DNA from: Clostridia bacterium | GTDB taxonomy: Bacteria; Bacillota; Clostridia; UBA1212; DUPL01 | Direction of reading: 5' to 3' | NCBI GenBank assembly: GCA_050951325.1 | Contig: JBMNIW010000008.1 | Coordinates: forward strand, 288,001 to 352,000 | Length of the DNA stretch: 64,000 nucleotides | In this document: in pieces, positions 19,410 through 30,078 of the stretch | How the letters are laid out: each line of letters begins with the position of its first letter | Position numbering within the stretch: position 1 is the stretch's first letter | Program-made: the position numbers and the translations under genes | Notes under the pieces: model-generated | Seen by the model: the letters and a program-made list of their open reading frames with translations, nothing else | Databases searched by the model: none | What the model was told of the DNA's origin: nothing

Positions 19410-20191
19410 ATACAATTTCTGCATTGATAAAACGAAACATACGCTTGTTTCTTCGCGACAAAGCGACAGTCTTTTTCTCTTTTCTAAGCACCCTTATACT
19501 GGTTGCTCTGTATTTGCTTTTTATTGCAGATATTTACACAGACTCAATGGATATTTTAGGAGCTGAAACCTCAGGGTTTTCACTTAACACCGGTGCTAAA
19601 GATTTCATTGTTTACCTGCAAATGATGGCAGGAGTTCTGGTACTTAATTCTATTTCTCTTGCAACGGGTGTTTTCTCTACCATAGCAAAAGATTTTGAAA
19701 GCCGTAGGATTGACAGCTTTTTGCTTACCCCTATCAAACCCTATAAGCTGATCTTCTCCTATTTCATTACAGGGCTTTATGTAAGTCTTACACTAAATGC
19801 AATTACATGGCTGATTAGTTCTGTTGTCATTGGCCTAACCACTGGATTTTGGATTTCTGTAGCAACCTTCTTAATGAGTCTAGTCGTTTTGTTTGTTGCA
19901 TCTATCATATCATGTTCGTTCATGCTTTTAGTAACCACACTAGCAAAATCTTCAGTGGCGATAGGCGTAATTAACGGTTTTTTAGGTACATTTATTGGCT
20001 TTCTTTGTGGTATTTATATGCCCTATAGTAACCTGGGAGAGAGTACAAAAAGGATAGGTTCTCTCTTGCCCTTTTCCCATATCACAATCTGGTTAAAGCG
20101 CGTGGTACTAGGTGATGCATTTTCACAAACCGGCATTCCAGAGGAATATACAGACATCTTAGTATACGTATTGCATCATCTTTTCCTCTAA
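19406..20191 (+). CDS. ABC-2 permease, 3' end replaced by IS sequence after 20167
   Basis: Multiple TM segments, GFLCGIYMP; final codons read from the antisense strand of the transposase. Confidence 0.8.
   Translation: MNTISALIKRNIRLFLRDKATVFFSFLSTLILVALYLLFIADIYTDSMDILGAETSGFSLNTGAKDFIVYLQMMAGVLVLNSISLATGVFSTIAKDFESRRIDSFLLTPIKPYKLIFSYFITGLYVSLTLNAITWLISSVVIGLTTGFWISVATFLMSLVVLFVASIISCSFMLLVTTLAKSSVAIGVINGFLGTFIGFLCGIYMPYSNLGESTKRIGSLLPFSHITIWLKRVVLGDAFSQTGIPEEYTDILVYVLHHLFL
20161..20167 (+). repeat. Right junction direct repeat AGTATAC
   Basis: Identical to 11974-11980. Confidence 0.85.
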
Positions 20192-21058
20192 TTGCTTTAT
20201 TTGTTGCTAACATCATAGGGGTATCTGATAAACCATATACTAGGATAAGACTAATATTTCTTTTGCTAGCAGTTATTTTAACATTAAGATGGCTTATGTA
20301 ACAATCACGGATCTCTTTATCAAAATAACAGTTGGTCTTAATCTTTCCCTTTCTTGAATCCCTTAAAACGGTGGATTTAAACCATTTGCCTTTGTGAAAT
20401 AACTTTCTTTTCTCCGTGAGCCTAATGACATAATCTTGATTATTTTTATGCATGTAATTAAACATAGCATTCATATCATATCCTCGATCGAAAATAAATG
20501 TACCTTTACCCTTTATTGTTTCAATAACTTTATCTAATCCTTCAAAAGTAATTGTGTTTGCTGACTTATAGTCCTCTTCTTTAGATGAATGTATATGAGA
20601 AAATAAACTCGATGGATTCTTTTTCTCCTTAGTTAAAGCTACTATCTCTGTAACCATATAGCCTTTTACTGTTTTTTTCTCTTTGCTAGAACCATCAATT
20701 ACTTTATCGAGACACTCGAATTTATAACCATGAGGCTTAATAACATCACTATCATCCACCATAATAACAGGGTTTTCTCCAATGGCTTCATTTACTAATT
20801 TACAATATTCTCTGTCTATAGATGGATCTAAGTCTTTTTCTAAATTTATACTTAGTCTTTCAATAGTATTTTTCTTTTGTATTGGTTCCATTATGCATCT
20901 GATATACTGCTTAATTTAACATCTTTCTTCTTAATAATTCCATACACCATATCTGAAACAAACTTACAACTGACTTGTCCTGACTTTTTAGTTAGTTTAC
21001 TTGTGAAGTTAAAAATACTTCTCTTGATTTGATATGTATCTGTGGTAGAATAGTACAT
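20161..21058 (-). pseudogene. IS4-like transposase, N-terminal part (1-bp frameshift near 20893)
   Basis: MYYSTTDTYQIKR..., VDDSDVIKP, FIFDRGYD, PMMLATN..DDAIRIL; GCATAATG where GCATTAATG would restore the frame. Confidence 0.9.
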
Positions 21059-21192
21059 GTGGAAACCCCTTTTCATTTTGTTTAGTATGCTTTTTATCGC
21101 ATTAAAATTATACCAAATAAACGAGAGGGTTTCCACTTTTTTATGCTCTTTTTACTAATATTTCGACTGTTTTTAGTGCTTTTTTGCAAATC

Positions 21193-21201
21193 TGTGGATA
21201 A
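21193..21201 (-). promoter_or_regulatory. Consensus DnaA box inside the IS end
   Basis: TGTGGATAA = TTATCCACA on minus strand. Confidence 0.45.
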
Positions 21202-21258
21202 CTTTTGTTTTTATCTAGAAAACCATTTAAAAAAACGGAAACTCAAGTACTATGAACC

Positions 21259-21286
21259 TTGACAACAAATTTTAGACGGATATAAT
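21259..21286 (+). promoter_or_regulatory. Sigma-A promoter of trmB
   Basis: TTGACA-16 nt-TATAAT. Confidence 0.75.
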
Positions 21287-21319
21287 CTCACATGAGCAAT
21301 AATTAATAACGGAGAAGAT

Positions 21320-21952
21320 TTGCAAATGAGGATGAGAACGAAGAAAAACCTAATACCAAGACTTGAAAGAGTATCCCACTTAATATGTAGCAAACCAGAA
21401 GAAAGGAAAGGAAAATGGGCCAGTGGCAGACCACTGCACTTGGAAATCGGGTGTGGCAAAGGCGATTTCATATCGGAGCTTGCCGAAAGAAACCCTGACA
21501 TTCAGTATGTTGCACTGGAGGTTGTAAAAGAAGCCGCTGTCATGGCACTTGAGAAAGTTGATGAAAAGAAACTTGCCAATGTCATCTTCATACTGGAAGA
21601 TGCCAAGAATATATCCGAATATTTTGACAAAGGCGAGGTAGACAGAATCTATCTCAATTTCAGCGACCCATGGCCAAAGAAGAAAAAATCAAAAAGAAGA
21701 CTCACCCATCCTGATTTTCTTAAAGTGTACAAGGAAATACTGAATGAAGATGGTGAGATTCATCAAAAAACCGACAATTTAGACTTTTTTGAGTTTTCAC
21801 TGGAATCATACAAGGAAATGGACTATACCCTGTATGAAACAACATATGATTTGCATTCCACTGATTTTCGTGGCAATATTATGACAGAATACGAAAAGAG
21901 GTTTGTGGCAGAGGGTAAACCCATCTGCAGAGTTGTTGCAAAACTGAAATAA
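21320..21952 (+). CDS. trmB: tRNA (guanine-N7)-methyltransferase
   Basis: LEIGCGKG, LNFSDPWPKK, KTDN, MTEYEKRF. Confidence 0.95.
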   Translation: MQMRMRTKKNLIPRLERVSHLICSKPEERKGKWASGRPLHLEIGCGKGDFISELAERNPDIQYVALEVVKEAAVMALEKVDEKKLANVIFILEDAKNISEYFDKGEVDRIYLNFSDPWPKKKKSKRRLTHPDFLKVYKEILNEDGEIHQKTDNLDFFEFSLESYKEMDYTLYETTYDLHSTDFRGNIMTEYEKRFVAEGKPICRVVAKLK

Positions 21953-21973
21953 GTATAGTTAAGGAGGCGAAAT

Positions 21974-22318
21974 ATGGACACAAAGGATAGAATTGATGCA
22001 AATAGAAAAAGGCTGCTTGTTACCGCCTCCATTCTTTTTTTAGTTACAGTAATATCCATTGCTGTCATGTTTGTATCTAAAAAGTTTCGAACATTTGACG
22101 GCTGGGACAAGTATCCAACCAAAACTCTTGAAACACCGGATAAAAGAGATTACCCGGGAAATATATCTACAGAACTTCAGGAAAAACTAAGATATCTTCC
22201 AGATGATGCAATAGTCAGGGTAATTGTCAGCAACTTTCCTCTTCCGCTTGAAATGTCAAAAGCGGATATATTGGAAATGGCAAACGCACAACCTGATTTG
22301 ACTTTCGATAATGAATAA
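21974..22318 (+). CDS. Small membrane-anchored hypothetical protein
   Basis: AGGAGG RBS, one N-terminal TM segment. Confidence 0.7.
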   Translation: MDTKDRIDANRKRLLVTASILFLVTVISIAVMFVSKKFRTFDGWDKYPTKTLETPDKRDYPGNISTELQEKLRYLPDDAIVRVIVSNFPLPLEMSKADILEMANAQPDLTFDNE

Positions 22319-22324
22319 AAAAAC

Positions 22325-22672
22325 GTGCAAGCATACCTATAAGCCGGGTTCTGTCGAGAATGATCATCTATCTTGACCATACATTACTGTATGGTTCCAG
22401 CCACCTTGGGAAATAAGCCGGACCAGCTTGTTCTTCCACTGCGGTGTTGCTCCGGGCGGGGTTTACACGGCCAACATGTCACCATGCTGCCGGTGAGCTC
22501 TTACCTCACCTTTTCACCCTTACTCAGTATTGAACTGAGCGGTTATTTTCTGTTGCACTTTCCTGGGAGTCGCCTCCACTGGGTGTTACCCAGCACCCTG
22601 TCCTGCGGAGCCCGGACTTTCCTCAAATACATCCTTTCGAATTGTATTCGCGATCATTCAGTATGCTTGCAC
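22325..22672 (-). ncRNA. rnpB: RNase P RNA
   Basis: GAGGAAAGTCCGGGCTCC and ACAGAACCCGGCTTA universal motifs; P1 GTGCAAGCATAC/GTATGCTTGCAC. Confidence 0.97.
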
Positions 22673-22696
22673 TCGCACCTTCTATTATATCATATT

Positions 22697-23485
22697 TTAG
22701 CGTAAAATAAATGGATTTTTCTGTCTGACAGATTTCAATATCCTTGTCTTGTCTCCAAATCTTTTGCTAATAATATCAGCCATTGCATCCATTCCCCATA
22801 CCTCTGTCTCATAGTGGCCAGCAGAAATGGTTACAAAACCATGCATGTTCAAATCTATTGCCTGGGAATGCTTAACTTCTCCAGTAACAAGACAATCCAC
22901 CCCATTTTCATATATCCATGCACTCTCTCCATCAAAGGAGCCACAAGAAACACCAACTACTTTTATCTTTTTTCTTTCCAATCCTTCCGGTATGACAACT
23001 TTAACAAACTTTGCTTGCAGCCTGTCTTTCACATGTTCACAAAATTCAGAAATATCCATTTCCTTGTCAAGAACTCCGAACCTGTGCTGCATATATTCAT
23101 CTTCTCGTATATCCTTAAGCCCAATTTTTACACACAAGGCATGATTCACACCCTTTTCTGCAAAATCCCAATTTGTATGAGCAGACAATACATTCAATTC
23201 ATTCCTGACAGCCATACCCAGCAGTTTTCCTCTTACATTGTCCTCATCAAGTCTTTTGACAGGATCGAAAATGAAGGGATGATGTGTAATTATTGTGTTT
23301 ACACCTTCCTCTACCGCTTCATAAATAACTTCCCTGGTAAGATCAAGGCAGCACAGAATGCCTCTAACTTCCTTGTCCCTACTGCCCGTCATAAGGCCCA
23401 CATTGTCAAAGGACAAGGCCTTCTCACTTGGAGCAATCTCTTCAATATATTTCATCAAATCATATACCTTCAACATTTTCATCAA
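22697..23485 (-). CDS. Nif3-like dinuclear metal protein (YqfO/YbgI family)
   Basis: DNVGL, ITHHPFIF, SAHTNWD, TGEVKH, AGHYETE. Confidence 0.92.
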   Translation of the reverse strand: MMKMLKVYDLMKYIEEIAPSEKALSFDNVGLMTGSRDKEVRGILCCLDLTREVIYEAVEEGVNTIITHHPFIFDPVKRLDEDNVRGKLLGMAVRNELNVLSAHTNWDFAEKGVNHALCVKIGLKDIREDEYMQHRFGVLDKEMDISEFCEHVKDRLQAKFVKVVIPEGLERKKIKVVGVSCGSFDGESAWIYENGVDCLVTGEVKHSQAIDLNMHGFVTISAGHYETEVWGMDAMADIISKRFGDKTRILKSVRQKNPFILR

Positions 23486-24167
23486 TCCACCTTACCACCT
23501 TTTTATACTCAACAATCCTCTTTTCTATCTCTTCCGTCCTGTTTTTTACCTTTTCAAGCTTTCTCAGCACCTTGTCAGCCTTTTGTCTCAATTCCTGATA
23601 GTATACTACTCTGCCTTCAGTATCCTTTTTATTCAAAACCTTGCCCACAATCAAATCAATTTCGTCATACTCACTGACAAGGCCTGGAACATGTCTGCAT
23701 AGAATAACCAGATAGCAATGCCCCCTGTCCATAACCGCATTCTCATCCAGTATCTCAAAGCCATTATCAAACAAGTACTTCCTCAATGAAGCTTCTTCCG
23801 TATTTGGCTGCAGTACCAAATAGGGTGTTTCTTTTGCAATATCAAAAGAATCCTCAATCAGCCTGGATATAAGGATTCCACCCATACCGGCAAGCACTGA
23901 AACTTGACACTCTCCAGTTTTCAGCACTTCAAATCCAGAACCCAACCTTGTTTCAATTTTATCACTTAAATGGTGTCTCTTTATGTTCTTTTCAGCAGAT
24001 TGCAGCGGACCTATCTTCACATCAGAGGCAATTGCTCTGTTGCACTTTCCATTCAAGACAAGATATATCGGCAGTAGAGCATGATCTGTTCCTATGTCCG
24101 CCATGCACTCGCATTTTGGTATCATGTTGGCTACCATTAATAGTCTTTTGTTTCTAAGTACCATCAA
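23460..24167 (-). CDS. trmK: tRNA (adenine-22-N1)-methyltransferase
   Basis: ADIGTDHALLP, RLGSG, AGMGG, LVLQP; upstream of nif3. Confidence 0.9.
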   Translation of the reverse strand: MMVLRNKRLLMVANMIPKCECMADIGTDHALLPIYLVLNGKCNRAIASDVKIGPLQSAEKNIKRHHLSDKIETRLGSGFEVLKTGECQVSVLAGMGGILISRLIEDSFDIAKETPYLVLQPNTEEASLRKYLFDNGFEILDENAVMDRGHCYLVILCRHVPGLVSEYDEIDLIVGKVLNKKDTEGRVVYYQELRQKADKVLRKLEKVKNRTEEIEKRIVEYKKVVRWIDENVEGI

Positions 24168-24320
24168 TCAACCTCCAAATATACTAACAAAACATATTAT
24201 ATCTACTTTTCTCTCTTGAGTAAAGGAATCACATTTATGGGACAAAGTCACACAAATAATATTGATACTCAAAAAAATGTGGTATACTTTTAGCTCAAAC
24301 CATATATATGGGAGTAAGCT

Positions 24321-25229
24321 ATGAGGAAAAGACAAGATCATTTATTTGCATACATATCAGCAACACTATACGCAGCAATAGTTAGCATGTCCTTTCTAAC
24401 AGTAAAGATTGGCCTTGTGAGTGCCAATCCTTTTGAGTTGCTTGCCTACAGATTCACTATTGCATTCCTTGCAATTGTGCTAGCCCTTGCATTCAGAGTG
24501 GTCAAACTAAGAATAACCAAGGAGAAGATACTAAAACTTGCTCCTCTTGCATTGTTTTACCCGGTATTCTACTTTTCCTTCCAAAGCTTTGGACTTACTT
24601 ACACAACCAGTGTGGAAGCAGGAATCATGAATGCACTGATTCCTGTACTGACACTTATACTTGCTACTATTTTCCTAAAAGAAAAAACTACAGTTCTTCA
24701 GAAACTGTCAATAATACTTTCTGTACTAGGAGTTGTATACATAACCTTAATGAAAGGAAACAGCTCTTCCTCTCGCAATCTGGTAGGCATAATACTTCTT
24801 TTTGTCTCCTCAACATCCTTTTCAGCTTACAGTGTGCTGGTCAAGAAGCGCTCAAAGGAGTTTTCGACCACTGACATAAGTTTTGTAGTGACCATATTGG
24901 GATTTGTATCCTTTAATCTGCTAAACTTTTGCAATCACTTGCTAAAAGGGACATTATCCAGCTATTTTGAACCTTTGAAAAACACAAGTTTTATATGGTC
25001 AATTCTTTATTTAGGAATACTCTCCACCTTGTTCACTTCACTGCTTGCCAACTACTCACTGTCAAAAATTGAGGCTTCAAAGATGAATGTTTTTGTAAAC
25101 CTGGCAACCGTATTGTCAATAGCAGCAGGCTCTGTTTTTCTGGATGAAAAAATATATTACTATCATATAATCGGTTCTGTTTTGATTGTTTTGGGGGTTT
25201 TGGGAACTAATTTTCTTGGAAAACGGTAG
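24321..25229 (+). CDS. DMT/EamA family transporter
   Basis: About 10 TM segments in two EamA repeats. Confidence 0.88.
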   Translation: MRKRQDHLFAYISATLYAAIVSMSFLTVKIGLVSANPFELLAYRFTIAFLAIVLALAFRVVKLRITKEKILKLAPLALFYPVFYFSFQSFGLTYTTSVEAGIMNALIPVLTLILATIFLKEKTTVLQKLSIILSVLGVVYITLMKGNSSSSRNLVGIILLFVSSTSFSAYSVLVKKRSKEFSTTDISFVVTILGFVSFNLLNFCNHLLKGTLSSYFEPLKNTSFIWSILYLGILSTLFTSLLANYSLSKIEASKMNVFVNLATVLSIAAGSVFLDEKIYYYHIIGSVLIVLGVLGTNFLGKR

Positions 25230-25269
25230 AAAAAAAGAGGCTGCAAACCAGCCTCCGCAATACTAAATA

Positions 25270-26556
25270 TTATACCCAGCCACGTTTCTTGACTGCTTCT
25301 GCAACTCTATTTATTGATATAACGTATGCAGCGTCACGCATGTAAAGGTCCTGCTCCTTGTGCAGATCATATACTGCCTTGAATGCTGCTGTCATCTTTG
25401 TATCAAGTTTCTGCATAACTTCTTCCTTCTCCCAGAAATAGTTCATGTTGCACTGAACCTGTTCGAAGTAGCTGCAGGTAACTCCTCCTGCATTTGCCAA
25501 GAAGTCAGGAATTACAAAAATACCTCTCTCTTTTATAACCTCATCTGCTTCCGGTGTTGTAGGTCCGTTTGCAGCTTCAGCAAGCACCTTTACCTTCTCA
25601 CTAATTTTATGAACGTTGTCTGCTTTGATTTGATTCTCAAGAGCAGCAGGAATAAGGATATCCACTTCCTGTTCAATCCATGCATCTCCAGGCAGAATCT
25701 CACAACCCATTTCTTTGGCCTTGTCTTTGTCAACTGTACCAAAGGAATCTGTGATGCTGCGCAACTTTTCTATGTCAAGTCCGTCTGCATTCTTGAATGT
25801 ATATGCAGTCTTGTCATTATTGTCCCAACAGGATATTGCGATTACCTTGCCACCCAACTGTGTATACAGCAAAGCTGCATACTGTGCAACATTGCCAAAA
25901 CCTTGTATGCTTGCAGTGGTTTTTGTAATATCAATATCGAGAGCTTTCAAAGCTTCTCTGAGTACAAATACAACACCAAATCCTGTTGCTTCTGTTCTTC
26001 CCAATGAACCACCCATTCCAACAGGCTTTCCGGTAATGACGCCGGGATATCTGCCGCCTACAATTGTCTCATATTCATCCAACATCCAAAGCATGTGCTT
26101 TGCATTTGTCATAACATCAGGTGCAGGTACATCTATGTTAGGTCCAATATTCTTTGCCAACTGCCTTATATATCCGCGACAAAGCTGTTCCTGCTCACGT
26201 TCAGACATTGTTCTGGGATCGCATATGACGCCGCCTTTTCCTCCGCCCAGCGGGATGTCAACAACAGCACATTTCCAGGTCATCCACATGGACAATGCCC
26301 TAATGGTATCAACAGTCTCATTTGGATGGAAACGTATACCTCCCTTTGCAGGTCCTCTGGCATCGTTGTGTTGAATTCTAAAAGCCTTGAATACTTTTGT
26401 ACTGCCATCATCCATTTTTACTGGTATGGTAAAATGATATTCTCTAATTGGCTGACGCAACAGTTCGCAAGTCGCTTCATCGAGCCCTATTTTATCTGCC
26501 ACACTATTAAACTGCGCCTGCGCATGTTCATATGCGTTGTAGTTTTCTTTGCTCAT
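25270..26556 (-). CDS. gdh: Glutamate dehydrogenase
   Basis: GPAKGGIRF, GGGKGG, DVPAPD, QGFGNV, EAANGP, PDFLANAGGV. Confidence 0.95.
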   Translation of the reverse strand: MSKENYNAYEHAQAQFNSVADKIGLDEATCELLRQPIREYHFTIPVKMDDGSTKVFKAFRIQHNDARGPAKGGIRFHPNETVDTIRALSMWMTWKCAVVDIPLGGGKGGVICDPRTMSEREQEQLCRGYIRQLAKNIGPNIDVPAPDVMTNAKHMLWMLDEYETIVGGRYPGVITGKPVGMGGSLGRTEATGFGVVFVLREALKALDIDITKTTASIQGFGNVAQYAALLYTQLGGKVIAISCWDNNDKTAYTFKNADGLDIEKLRSITDSFGTVDKDKAKEMGCEILPGDAWIEQEVDILIPAALENQIKADNVHKISEKVKVLAEAANGPTTPEADEVIKERGIFVIPDFLANAGGVTCSYFEQVQCNMNYFWEKEEVMQKLDTKMTAAFKAVYDLHKEQDLYMRDAAYVISINRVAEAVKKRGWV

Positions 26557-26828
26557 TCGAGTGTTCCCCCTATAGTTGTTTTTTCGTATGCAATTATACA
26601 ATCATACGGATGGCATGTCAACGAATTTACTATGATAAATCGTTAAAAGATAACTCGCTGCTCAAACCTTCTGGCAGTTTCATCACTGTCCAGCAAATAA
26701 TATTTTACCAACCATATACTCGCCATATACGTCTTGCTTGAAATTTGCAAAGGTTAGCGCTACATCAACCATAAAAGTACAGAAATCTGCAAAGAAGTAT
26801 TGGAAGCGGGCATGCATGCCCGCTCATA

Positions 26829-29800
26829 TCAGCTCTTTTCCATCAGTTTTCTGGCATGTTCCATAAATTCCTTAAATCGCTCCTCATTGCGCACACTATC
26901 GAACCACTCCCAGCCGCGGGTTACAGTCATGCTATAATACATAAAACCACTGTTATCCTGGAAACACCAATCATACTGCAATAGCTCCGTTGTTCCATCA
27001 GGCAGCTCAATTATACCACTGCCCTTGATGACCTTGACTCCACCAAATATTAGTTTGCTGCCTACTTCAAGTGGTGTGCCATCAGGTATCTCAGTCCATT
27101 TCGCGTATAGTTCTAAGGCGCGTTCAAGATAATTGTATCCTTCATCTCTTTGACCACAACCAAACAAAGCACAAGCAGCTCTAAAGCAGCAGCTTGCATA
27201 CAACCCAAGCCAGGCACGGGGTACACCTTTTCCTTCTCCCAAAAATTCACACATGCCCATACTATACTTGAACCATGCAACAGCACGCTCCGCATTACCA
27301 CGATTGCGTTTTGGCCGTTCCAACATATGAAGAACAAGCTGTAGTTTATTTACAGATTCGCGCAAACGGCTTTCTTCATATTTTCCCTGACGCCACAGAT
27401 CCTCCTCAATCACTTCTCCATATATTGAGCTGTACTGAGTCACAATTTCAGGTTTCTTCCTTATACCACAACGATCTTCGAATATAACGATGTTTCCATC
27501 CTCATCCACCACATATGTGTACTCCGCACTGCCTATATAGCCATCAGTAAGGTTTTGCGCTTCATATTTACGCATCATACCGTCACCAACAGGCATAAAG
27601 CCTTTTCCCACACCTTCATAAGCTGTAAGCTCATAAACTGTCTTTGCAAGTTCTTTGCCGGGATGATAGTTTACAGTACGTATAATTCCTACTCCCGGAG
27701 CAAAATAGTATTCTTTCCTGCCTCCTCGATATGTAAGACCTGTGTCAAACCCTTTTATATCAAGCGATAACTTGATGCAGTCATTGAAGGTGCCGGCTTT
27801 GGTAGCAATTTCTCCTGCTTTTTCAGAAACAATTGTTGTTTTAATATAATAACTGTTCCATAGCAAGAATTCCTCCACATATTCCCCTTCTTCTACCCAT
27901 TCATCACACCAGATGCAGTTCGTGCCATTTTGCAAAATATCGTAAATGTCATTAAAAAGGAGTGCTTCTTCAGAAACATTACCCCACCTGACATTCTTCC
28001 ATTCAAAAGACCACCGATAATTATCCATATACTCCAGCCTGCTGCCTTTCCCAAGAGCATACCCTTTCCTAAAAAAGTTCCAATGCCCAGTATGCATATA
28101 ATCAGGATTGAAGGAAGGATCTGTTGCAAGAATCCTCTCCACAACAGAGCATGCAGCCTTTGTATGGGCCCTTTGCATTGGTGTTTGAGCAAGTATTCTT
28201 GCCCTTTCCACGGCATGGGATACGTCATGCAATGTATATTTGCCATCCTTGTAGCTGCAGTATTCATTGCGTATATGTTGAATCATGTCAATCCAGGAAT
28301 TATCATCATAACCAAGTCTCTCAATCTCACAGTTCTGTGTAAGCAAAACTTTTTTGTCGTCAGCATGACTCATAACGAACCTGGAAGAATGAAGAATAAA
28401 CTTTGGGTTGTTGTCTGAAACATATTCCCAGGAGTTGCCTGTATGGCTTGGCAAGATTCCTTTTCCTCCTACTATGTCATACGACTTTAGAAGTCTTGTT
28501 TCTTTGACACCATCACATTGCCTTACGTGTTTGACAATACCCACATCCTGTTTGTAGTATGTGTAATATGTAGCTTCTTTGTGCTTGGTAATCCAAAGCT
28601 GGCAGCTTTCGAATGTACCACAAGGAGTTTCAACCTCTGCCGAATCCTCTGCATACGCAAGAGTCGTACCGTCGGAGCCTGTGTAGGTATCACCTACTCT
28701 CAGACCTTCAATGATAAAATTGCCATCGCAGAGGGATGCGTTTCTAAAGATAAAATCAATCTCAAGATCAAAAGAGATAAGGTGTCCATTCGAATACCAC
28801 TCCTGGTTCCAGCGGCACAGCTTTCCATTTATTAACCGGTATTCCTCAGCTGCACATCTTAATCTGTATTTGTCCTCATCCTTATCAGCGTACTCCTTCA
28901 AATGTTTCCTTTCCATCTTCGTTGCTGCAATTGCATATGCATAATACAAGTCGGAGGGTTTTATGATTGACAGCACTTTTTCAAACGCTTCAAAACCTTT
29001 CTCAGTCTCTTTATTCTCAAAGTATGCTTTCCCAAGCCAGAACCACTCATGTGCAAGGCTTTTCACAAATCCCAGTTTCTCAAGTCTGGGAATCTGCTTG
29101 TCACGAATAAATTCATGTCTTACCCCGTAGGATACTTTTAAATCCTCCCTGCTGACCACAAACTGCATAACTTCATCGTTCCTGCCTTTTTCAGCGGCTT
29201 CCACAATCCTGGCAAACAAAGCGTCGTTCTTGTCACCGGGAAGCCACCACCATCCACGCATCAAGACATCCGCCAATGCATGATACTTGTCAATAGATTC
29301 AGGAAGTTCTTCCACATCTTTTAGTACATCATTGTATACAACCTCAAATCCGTCTTTACTATTCATAAGTTGCCATAGTTTCATTTCCTCAACCTTTTTC
29401 ATAACCTTCTTAACAAAAGTGTCCCTGATTTCCTCATTCATGGAGCTCAATCCTTTCCTTATTCTTTTTCTGCCATCATGGAGCTGCCACTTTACTGTCC
29501 CTGGGGAAATTCTCATTCTGTCTGCAATCTCCGCAACAGACAAGTCCTTCAAAGTAGTGAAGATAAATAATATCCCTTACTTTTTCAGGCAGCTTGCTGA
29601 TGCCATTATGAAGTTTTTCCTTCTCTTCGGATTTTGCATAAAGATAATGAGGATCCTCATAATATTCATCTTTTAGATTGAAACCATCGACTTCCTCCAG
29701 ACTGAGGAAACTGCGGTACCTTGTAACCATGTTTTTTGCACAATTCTTTGCAATGCGGCAAACCCACGCCCTAAACTTGGCAGGCTCCCGCAATACATTT

Positions 29801-29997
29801 AACTTCATCCATGCAGTTACAAATGCGTCTTGAGCAGCATCCTCGGCCATGAACTGATTATGTGTGACAGAGCTTGCGGAAGCTATTACCACTTTTTCAT
29901 AGCGTGCAACAAGAACTTCATAAGCTCTTTGCTCTCCTGCAAGCGTCAGCATAACCAGTGTTTCGTCGTTTTGATCATAATATAGCAAATGCATCAT
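26829..29997 (-). CDS. ECF sigma factor with ~850-aa C-terminal extension; one frameshift near 29543
   Basis: AEDAAQDAF..FRAWVCRIAKN (region 2) joins LSVAEIA..GTVKWQLHDGR (region 4) if one T is removed from GGACTTGTCT; TPR-like helices and two TxxGTF..C repeats follow. Confidence 0.75.
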
Positions 29998-30078
29998 CCT
30001 TTACATTAACATCTTTTCAAAAAGTTTTTTCTAGCGCTACCCTATAGACACATATAAGAGGAAAAAGGTTGGGTTTTC

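Larger units (their letters stand above)
11440..21247 (-). mobile_element. IS4-like (DDE) insertion sequence carrying an 8.2-kb internal cargo
   Basis: Terminal IRs CTTGAGTTTCCGTTTTTT (11440) / AAAAAACGGAAACTCAAG (ends 21247); 8-bp TSD TACTATGA at 11432-11439 and 21248-21255; transposase halves at both ends. Confidence 0.92.

Noticed and set aside
11975-20167. Cargo as a ligated GTATAC restriction fragment
   Set aside because: An internal GTATAC exists at 12802-12807, and the match extends beyond the palindrome
11440-21247. Classical composite transposon of two IS copies
   Set aside because: Only one IR at each end, and the two transposase parts are complementary rather than duplicated
22373-22705. 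110-aa ORF on + strand
   Set aside because: Antisense to RNase P RNA
22814-23677. Long antisense ORFs (also 417-1016, 2201-2962, 25360-26374, 31158-31694, 40010-40390, 57127-57651)
   Set aside because: Shadows of well-supported genes on the opposite strand, with no recognisable motifs
29530-29555. Programmed frameshift in the ECF sigma
   Set aside because: No slippery heptamer or long homopolymer; a simple indel or sequencing error is more likely
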